Source: Bugula neritina (Eukaryota; Animalia; Bryozoa). Taken from it: 64,000 bases of DNA. The position numbers were made by a program, and so were the translations under genes. The stretch is taken from contig OZ037770.1 in NCBI GenBank assembly GCA_964035545.1, positions 6,892,729 through 6,956,728 of the forward strand, in the 5' to 3' direction. Of this stretch, positions 56,401 through 64,000 are shown piece after piece (the first letter of the stretch is position 1; each line of letters opens with the position of its first letter). The notes under the pieces are model-generated. The model saw only the letters and a list, made by a program, of their open reading frames with translations. It did not search any database and had not been told where the DNA came from.

Positions 56401-59400
56401 ACAATGTAATATACTGCATAGAATTATTATATGCAATGTAATATACTGCATAGCATTATTATATACAATGTAATATACTGCATAGCATTATTATATGCAA
56501 TGTAATATATTGCATAGCAAATAGAACAAATAGCACTATAAAATAAAAAATATTATTTACTCTAAATATTTTGTATTATAGATTATTTATATTATGTTTA
56601 TACTATAATGTCTTAAATACAGTAACAGTTAGGTTCAGGTGAGATGGAATATCTGCTACCGGATAACCATGGAAACCGGTACAACCTGTTTCAGAGACTA
56701 AACTGACCAGCAGGTGCAACTGGACATCCTGAGATCTGTGGTGGGCCGAAGGCCAATCAGTGTGAGGTGAGCAGGGATTACCATATTACATGATCAATCA
56801 CTGTAACAGATAAGGGGATCAGTTTGCCTAGAATTGACCTTGCCACTGATAACCCTGTTTCTGCCAAGTGTGTGCTATTGATCATGCAACAGCTAGTAGT
56901 ACCTTAAATCCTCTGCAAGCAGCTTTCATGAAATTGCATGACAAAAACAAATTCAAGAATAACAAGGTCCAAGCTAATCTGTTGTCATTCCGTCGGTCAG
57001 TGAAGAGTGCGTTAGGACACAGAAGAAGAGAAGAAATGTCTTTCTATATGTAGTAAAATAGAATGTACGATACTGACAAATCAATCAAATATATCCGTTC
57101 ATCTTGTGACCATGTAGATGAACGGATATAGAACCGATGTGGTCGCACTTGGTGAAACAAGATTGCCAGGCTATGATAGCTTAGAAGACCATGGGTATAA
57201 TCTCTACTAGAGTGGAAAATCAACTGATGAAAGAAGAGAAGCAGGGGTACGATTTTCCCTCAAAAACCAGATTGCTGTCACCTTGGATGAAGAACCAACT
57301 CCTGTGAATGACGGAATTATGACAATGAGACTTCTTCTTCATATTGAGGAACAGTTCTACAATGACAGATACGATCAATCTTGTCCCAACAAATAATTAG
57401 ACAGATACTAATTGGTGATTTTTTTGAGCGAATAGGCTCAGACTCCTCGAAATGGAAAAGAGTAATTGGTAGCGATGGTGTAGCTGAGTGTAATTAAAAT
57501 GGAGAGTTGCTTCTGTCTCTCTGTTCAGAGTACAGTCTTGTGATAACTAATATCATCTTTAAACCCATTAAATCACACAAGAATACATGAATGCACCCGC
57601 AATTACAGCACCGGCACTTACAGGATTACATTATTGTCAGGCAGAGCGATTTAAGTAAGGTTTTAAATATTTGAGCGGTAAAAGAAGAAGATCCTGGCAT
57701 GGATAATAATATAATGCTAGGAGCAAAGATGAAGATTAAAAGAAAAGTCTGTCTTTCTCTTGCAGTCAGTCGATATGACTATAACTGTTTCATGGATTCA
57801 GCTTGAATTTGATTGCAGTTCTCCACGCAACTCTAATTCCTCTTAGAAACATCTTTAAAACTGAGTCTAAGTCGTCTATATCTTGTTGCGTATTTCAGCT
57901 GAGAGTAGAGCAATTGTCCTTATAACCGGCTATCTTCCATCCTGTGCACATGGCCTAACCATCTCAGGTTCTTTTCTGTGAGAATGTCAGCCGTGCTTGG
58001 TAAGCTAGCACATCTTGGTATTTCTTCATTCAGAATGTTGTCATACCATTTTACAGCCATTATGCCTCTTAATTGCTGCTTGAAAAGTGTTGAAGCTGTT
58101 TAGGGGATGCTGCACAAAGTGCAGTATCATCAGCTCATAGAAACTCATGAACAACAAAATATCCTATCAATAGTGCTCCTGCTATTCCGAAAGCCTCACT
58201 GTGTCTCTGGAAGTATTCATGGAGTTATATTTACATTGATTCTATTGAGGATGGTACGGCCATAATTTTCTAGCCATATACAGAAGTGAGATTCTTTTAT
58301 AATTGCCACAGTCTCTCCTACTACCCCTTTTAAAAATAGGCACGTTGTTCGCATCTTTCCAGTTCTGTGGCATTTTCTCGTTACTCCATATATAAGCAAG
58401 TACAGCACAAGAAAACTAACTAACTAAACACTGGTCTGCTGAATGGTCAAAAGAAAGGAGAACTTGAAAAAGAATTGAATTAGACCCTAAGGTGTTGGAT
58501 ACAAATAATGGTGATTTAAAACAAATGTGAAGATTTGAAAACAGCGTTTTTAACTGTTTGTGAAATGTTTGGTAAGCAAGGCTGAAACCACCATGATTGG
58601 TTTGACAAGCATGAGAAACTGCTACTACAGTTGATTGAGAAGAGAAACAAGACTAGATAGGCTTTCCTCCAGAATAACACCAGATTGAAAAAAAGATTTA
58701 TTCAAAGGCACAGAGCAGTCTTCAGAGGTATAACAGAGAGATGAAGAGTAGGTGGTGGAAAGAAAAAGTAATAAAATTGCAAGTGACAGCAGACAGAAAA
58801 GACATGAAAGCACTCTATATAGGCCTAACAGATTATGGCCGTAAATGAAGAAGAATGATCAAACTCCTCGACAGCGATAGGGCTACAGAGGGGTTACTGG
58901 ATTCGGAAGTGGAAGTACAGTAGGCATGGTCTTCTGGTTGAAGCAAGTGCAAGAGAAGTGCAGAGAGAAAAAATATGCCACTCTACATACTGCTTATGGA
59001 ATTCAGTAAAGCGTTTGACAGCTTTAAAAATTTTGGTTGTACAGGCAAGTGCACGCACTTCATACAGAGATACAAGCAAATGTAGCAATAAGTGGTTTCA
59101 TCCCAAATAATTTTGGGGTAACGATTGGAATCAAGCTATGATGCCAGCTATGCTTGAAAAAAGTAAGTAAGCCAAGGGAAATCCACATTAATATATAAAC
59201 ATAAAGTGAAGTGAAATATGAAAAAAGATAGACATGGACAAAGATAGCTGGCAAAAGAAGGCTAACTATAGAATGGATTGAGTAGTCTGATCAGACAAAA
59301 GTGGAAATGGTCTTAGTTTTACAGGTGAACGGCTAATATGATGACAGTAAAAGAATAATTGTATACAATAAAATTTACTCTATAGTAATAGTATAATATA

Positions 59401-61423
59401 ATAATAATAATAATGTAATCTACAGTAGTAAAGCTACTAATGTACTAACGCTGGCCAAGATCTCCAGAGTTTTTAGCTTGCACCATCTGCTGCTGAATGC
59501 TCATGAGAGTGGGCATGTGGTTGTGCATGTGTGCAGATGTCTTCAGCTGCATCACTGTGAGAGGAAGGGTGGCACACCTGATTATCACAGTCACTAAAAT
59601 AAGCGCATAGCATCACTACCCATATGCATGCAACCGGCATGACAGGTGTGTCACATAATTTAATCACATGGTATAGAACTTTCAGGCACCCCTCAAATGT
59701 ACATAACATTTAGAAATGCTTACATATGATGATAGAGGAAAACCATGGCAGATCTGCTTGCACATGTATGGTTTCCATTAGTGACTGCACCCAGCCTGAG
59801 GGCCACCAGCTGCAGAGTCCCAGGCTAGAGAGTGTGGGTTCACCCAATGAAGTCAGCTGTTCTGGAACATTCACTGGATCAGGAGGAGGAGGTAGGAAGC
59901 CTGGAAACAGGACGAGACATGTACGGTAATAATCCATTGGATAAGTTTATATTCAAATTTTGAATGAAAGTATGCTGAAGTAGATATTAGCAAAGGCAGC
60001 AGCTCACCTGTTTCTGCACTCAGCTCTGGCTGACCTGCCTGCAACAAGCAGTGGAATAATAAATTGAATTCATTTATACAAAAAACACCTTGGCATGTTT
60101 TCAGAAAAACCCAAGTTTCGACTCCCAAGCATTAAACTACCATAATTTAAGGAAGTGGCATTAATGAAAACTATGAAATCTGAAAACCCTTAGCACCAAA
60201 CATATACAGTACTCTCGCCACAAGAAAGGCTTAATTTTGTGGCTTGTGTCGTGTGTGTGTATAGGGCCAAAATAGCCGAATTTGATGCATCTGCCAGCTA
60301 TAAATCTTGTATTCTATTATTTCACAAAGTGAGGCTTAGGGACCCATAGCTTAGTGAGATACGGAGGGAGCACCATATTTATAAAAATTATGAGACTCCA
60401 AAAGACCAGGTTCAGCTCAATCAGAAAAAATAACTTTAAACCAATACCATGCATTAGCAATAGCCCATTATTAGATAGTTCCAGATTGACAACAATATAA
60501 AACTCACGCAAGTTTATAGTCGCTATCCCTGCGAGAAAACCCCAGAAAGAAAGGGTTTTTGTTAAAACAGGCTAGGGACTTATTTAAATGAGGCACAGAA
60601 GCAATTATGACTGGATGCTCTTTCTAACATCACCAATGGTCTTTGTCAGGGCTCGAACCCATGACTTCGGCTGCTCCCTATTGACAACAACACCTTGTAT
60701 GTAATTGAAATTTACTTTTTAATAGTTATATTGACAACAACATATGTAACAATAAAAAATAAATTTCAATCACATACAAAGTGTAACAAGATAATAACAA
60801 TAGTGGCAATAATGTAGCATCTTTGTAAAGTAAAAATAACCATAATTCCAAATCAGACTACAGTTAAAGGTAAGCTGCTACTACGCAGCAGTATCTACTA
60901 TCTTTTTCCCAATTTTCACATTGCAAGCAACGGTTATGCTACAAAAGTTTGGCCATACTTGAAATAACTGAATTATATTTATTAATATAATTTGATCAAA
61001 ATTAATAATGAAATTGAAAAATTATGTCTTTTGAGATGGTTATAATTTTACTTAATAAAATCTCAGAGGTAGCAGAGCAAGCAACAAATAGAACAAGTTG
61101 ACCAATCAATAACAAAAATGAAATTGAAAACTTGAAATATCCTACAAACTTAGTGGCTATGACATAACAACATCAATAGCAACAATGAACGTTTAGCTTT
61201 AACTGTAGCGTGATCTGGTATAAATGGGCATAAACTGGATAAGCAAAGATAACATACACTGTACACTGTACTGTACCTTATTACTAATAGATCGGATGCT
61301 AGGATGAGAAAAGAAAACACAACATGTAGGCGGGCAGCTTGACCTTCTGTAAAGTGACAGATTGAATTTTGGTACTTGTTTCCATGATTGAAAAGATCGG
61401 ATTGAATGTAGTTTGAATCTATA
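53417..61423 (-). CDS. OXA1L: Mitochondrial inner membrane insertase OXA1L (YidC/Oxa1/Alb3 family), 5'-partial
   Basis: Exons 61277-61423, 60008-60038, 59724-59900, 59450-59593, 55520-55605, 55239-55403, 55012-55116, 54594-54753, 53417-53523, phase-continuous. Motifs GEPTLSSLGL.SWWPSGWVQ...LPWF, TVIIR..LPL, APVFLSIFYGLRGM..LPV.SL.TGG.AWF.DLTVPDPYFILP, LYWSTSN; Arg/Ser-rich presequence. ATG exon not located. Confidence 0.92.
53659..53843 (+). mobile_element. SINE family copy (last intron of OXA1L)
   Basis: GGAGCAGCCGTGGTTTAGGGGGTTGGAGTG...ATTGGTGATATTAGGAAGGGCAT...AAGTCCTTAG...CTACTATAAAC aligns with 216-430. Confidence 0.7.
55622..56519. repeat. 32-bp minisatellite, about 28 copies, in an OXA1L intron
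   Basis: Unit GCATTATTATAT(G/A)CAATGTAATATACTGCATA, highly homogeneous. Confidence 0.97.
56640..59345 (+). mobile_element. Degraded RTE LINE (endonuclease and RT relics), interrupted by an opposite-strand RTE fragment
   Basis: APE relics ALGETRLPG, RIMTMRL, IGDF, NGELLLSLCSEYSLVITN, DYIIV; RT relic MVFWLKQVQEKCREKNMPLY..FSKAFD at about 58925-59020. Confidence 0.75.
57760..58400 (-). mobile_element. Internally deleted RTE fragment
   Basis: GFRNSRSTIDRIF, ADDTAL, LRWLGHVHRMEDSRL..QLLYSQL; 3' UTR ACAGTTATAGTCATATCGACTGACTGC resembles that of the RTE at 41543-41581. Confidence 0.75.
60501..60677 (-). mobile_element. SINE family copy with intact B box
   Basis: Minus strand reads GGAGCAGCCG..GGGTTCGAGCCC...CCATTGGTGATGTTAGAAAGAGCATCCAGTCATAATTGCTTCTGTGCC...GCGACTATAAACTTGCG. 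Confidence 0.75.
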
Positions 61424-62865
61424 CTGTAAAAATAGAAAGTTTCAGTAGATGGTCTAACAAAAAGCATGTTGAAATTTGCGACTAATATTTCATTATTTCT
61501 ACATCATACTTTGCATAAAAGATATGCTGATATAGATCGTTTTCAATGTGCTGATATCCTCTTTACAATTAAGGCCTCATTAACACTTGCCGTACTGGTG
61601 AAAGTTTATCTGCTAATAAGAATGGTAACTTACTGTTAGTTACTAAGCAAAGTACTGAATAATCATGATAGTCACATTTTCAGATGTCAAAACTTCTTAG
61701 GTTTCTATTTGGGTGTTTTTGTAATTAATGAAAGCTAGATTTTTAGGCTACGCTTAATTTAAACAAGCCATATAAAAAATTTTTAATCTTTTGAAACTAT
61801 GGAATTGAGTAACTTAAATCAACAATAAGCGATTAAAAAAACCAGCGGGAAATATACTTTAAATTTTAGTACTATATTAACTTTGCCCAATAGAAGCCCT
61901 ACGTGATTTTTTGAACCGAGCAGTGTTTGATCAATGCCGCCACGTATATCGGGGTATTCAACCAGGATGCTAACAAATATGGCTGACATTTGCTGTTACG
62001 GCATACGATATGGCAAAGTGTGTCTAGGGGGCTTGACTCCATATATGGCATATTTCCATATGTCTAGTAGTTCACTTAAACGCTCTTAAGTAAAGGAGAT
62101 AAAATAGCCATAGTGCGATGATTTAAAGGAAAAAATTTAGAGCGTGTGGTTCAACTAGCTCCATGGCTCAACTAGCCCCACGCCCATGGGTATTATGAGA
62201 TTTATATTATTATTATAATTATTAGTATTACTAATACTAGGTAGGCTAAATTGATAGATACTCGATATATACTGGTTTTCACCCCACCACAAAATGTTAT
62301 ATAATGTTGAGGCTGCTTTAGCTCTCCTAATAAATTTAGTTCCACTATATTTGTAAAATTAGCTAAACCAAGTTCAAGACCATTTGTTTAATTCAATCCT
62401 GGTTGTGATACTGTAAATCACTGTTGAAGTTGAGCCATTTTTTTTCGATCAATCCAAACTCCTCTTTTTGTTACTTATTTAAAAAAAACGGAAAATAGAA
62501 GTATTTGATCTAAACTATTGCTATTTTTTGAAATTACTTTAATCTTTAGCAAAGCTACAATAATTGCTACATAAACCACATCCAATTATATATGATTTTA
62601 TGTGGCTAACCGCAACTGTTGTTTTTATTTTTATGATTGTGTAAAGCTACCGTCACGAGGCTTTTAACAAGATTGTAGAACTGAAGCCCTTTTTTTGTTG
62701 TGTTTTGAAAGCCAATTCTAGCTGCAGATTTTTTTCTGTAGCTGCAAAACTGCAGTCATGACATTACTCTAACCATAGTTTCAATCATAAAGAATGTGAC
62801 TATGACTTGAATAAATTTTTAGTTTTTGCCCTTGAAACTTAAAAAACATTTGACCTACCTACTAT

Positions 62866-62970
62866 GGGGACGGAGCAATATTCCGAAGGTGTACTGCTTC
62901 GAAGGCCTATTGTTCTAAAGGTGCATTGTTCTAAAGGTGCATTAGTCTGAAGGTGCATTGATCCGAAATT
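62866..62970. repeat. About 17-bp tandem subterminal-type repeats (probable MITE end)
   Basis: TTCCGAAGGTG / TTCTAAAGGTGCATTG units repeated about 5 times after GGGGACGG. Confidence 0.5.
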
Positions 62971-63231
62971 TAGTAGACACATGATTATATCACTGAGATG
63001 TCATAAATTTACCTCACAATCTTGCTATATTTTTGCTAGCTGTGGTTGGCATGCACGTTGCCTACTTGTGATTGTTTAGCCTGAGATTACTTTATGAGGC
63101 TGCCTCAATTAGGACTGCATCATATATCAGCATTCCGTTGTGGCTGCTCCATAAACTAAGTACACGGCAAGTTATTCATTATGACTAGCATGAAGTTGAG
63201 ATATTGATAATCACCCAACTGTTAAATTGAC

Positions 63232-64000
63232 CGTAATAGTTTTATTTGAAGCTTTCCTGCGTATTTAATTTCAATTTAACTAGCAATTACTAACAGAGCT
63301 TGCGTACGATAACCTTTATTTAACTCGATAAACATAATTATAACAGTATGTCAAAACCACAATACATCAATCAACTATAAGCACATCTTACTACTACGAG
63401 CCCCTGCTCTCAACAACACATGGTTTCTGCTAGCTAACCCGCGAACAGTCACTTGACCGGAACCTTGCCTTCCGGTCCTTCTGATTGGATAGTAAAACAT
63501 AGTTATAAGTATTCCCATACAGGAGGGGATGAATCCATTATTATACTACATAATCTCATTACACCGCCCCCACCAGCAGAAAGCCCTATTTTCTGATAAA
63601 AAAAAAAACAGTATAATAATGCAAAAATAACATAAGTAAAGAAAACCCACAAAAAGAAAGAAGAGAAATATCAAATGTATGACATATATAAACACATAAG
63701 TAAGATAACGGATGGCCAGCGTACAACTGGCCAGCTATAAAGAGAGAGTCCTGGATCGTAGGTCATTAGCAGTCGAGCATTTACACGATCACAACGTAGT
63801 ATCCCGGGAACATGCGGGATGGAATTGCCAACTGCCAGCTCCTAGTTTTGCAGGGACTGGATCCGATGTCGTGCCTGCCGTGCACGTAGCCTACGCTTTA
63901 GGCGTCCTACTGAGCCCTTCAATTCACTAAGGCCCATTGTAGTACTGAGTAAGTCGGGGGCCAACTGGGTGAATTCATCCTGCAGCCGTAAGAGTCTTTC
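63232..64000 (-). mobile_element. 3' end of an LTR retrotransposon (LTR about 63232-63563) continuing beyond the window
   Basis: Minus strand reads purine tract GGTGGGGGCGG then TGTAATGAG; the other end reads (C)GTAATA on plus, a mutated TGTAAT/ATTACA terminal repeat; an open frame enters from the window edge and stops at about 63842. Confidence 0.55.

Noticed and set aside
55622-56519. CRISPR-like array (32-bp palindromic unit)
   Set aside because: Units are contiguous without spacers, inside a eukaryotic intron.
61150-61467. 105-aa ATG ORF as the OXA1L N-terminus
   Set aside because: Wrong frame for the phase-0 join to exon 60008-60038; the alternative frame gives the Arg/Ser-rich presequence.

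Overview
AT-rich, intron-rich animal (invertebrate-type) genomic DNA; the species cannot be determined from the sequence. Host genes reconstructed by hand from GT-AG sites and phase continuity: the first coding exon of a signal-peptide protein resembling secreted JmjC/cupin proteins (-); a tandem pair of paralogous, unrecognised six-exon type I membrane protein genes (-, 3.7-7.8 kb and 9.0-13.8 kb) with identical internal exon sizes; AGTRAP (-); GNB1L (+); and OXA1L (-, first exon not found), tail-to-tail with GNB1L. Mobile DNA includes a recent full-length Mag-type Ty3/Gypsy element (16833-21627; 195-bp LTRs with 1 mismatch, GAGTT TSD, tRNA-Ser PBS, +1 break between gag-PR and pol). A roughly 17-kb nest of decayed elements (31.5-48.3 kb: CR1/L2-like LINE, three Gypsy remnants, a degraded LINE, an intron-containing hAT transposase carrying a solo LTR, an RTE LINE) all lie on the minus strand. 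There are also a tRNA-derived SINE family, RTE remnants in an OXA1L intron, an LTR element entering from the right edge, and many micro- and minisatellites. The best leads are the uncharacterised membrane-protein pair, the strand-polarised TE nest (possible uni-strand piRNA cluster or giant first intron), the spliced hAT transposase, the Gypsy frameshift at TCC-TGA, and a duplicated poison acceptor in AGTRAP. All homology calls come from recalled motifs, not database searches.
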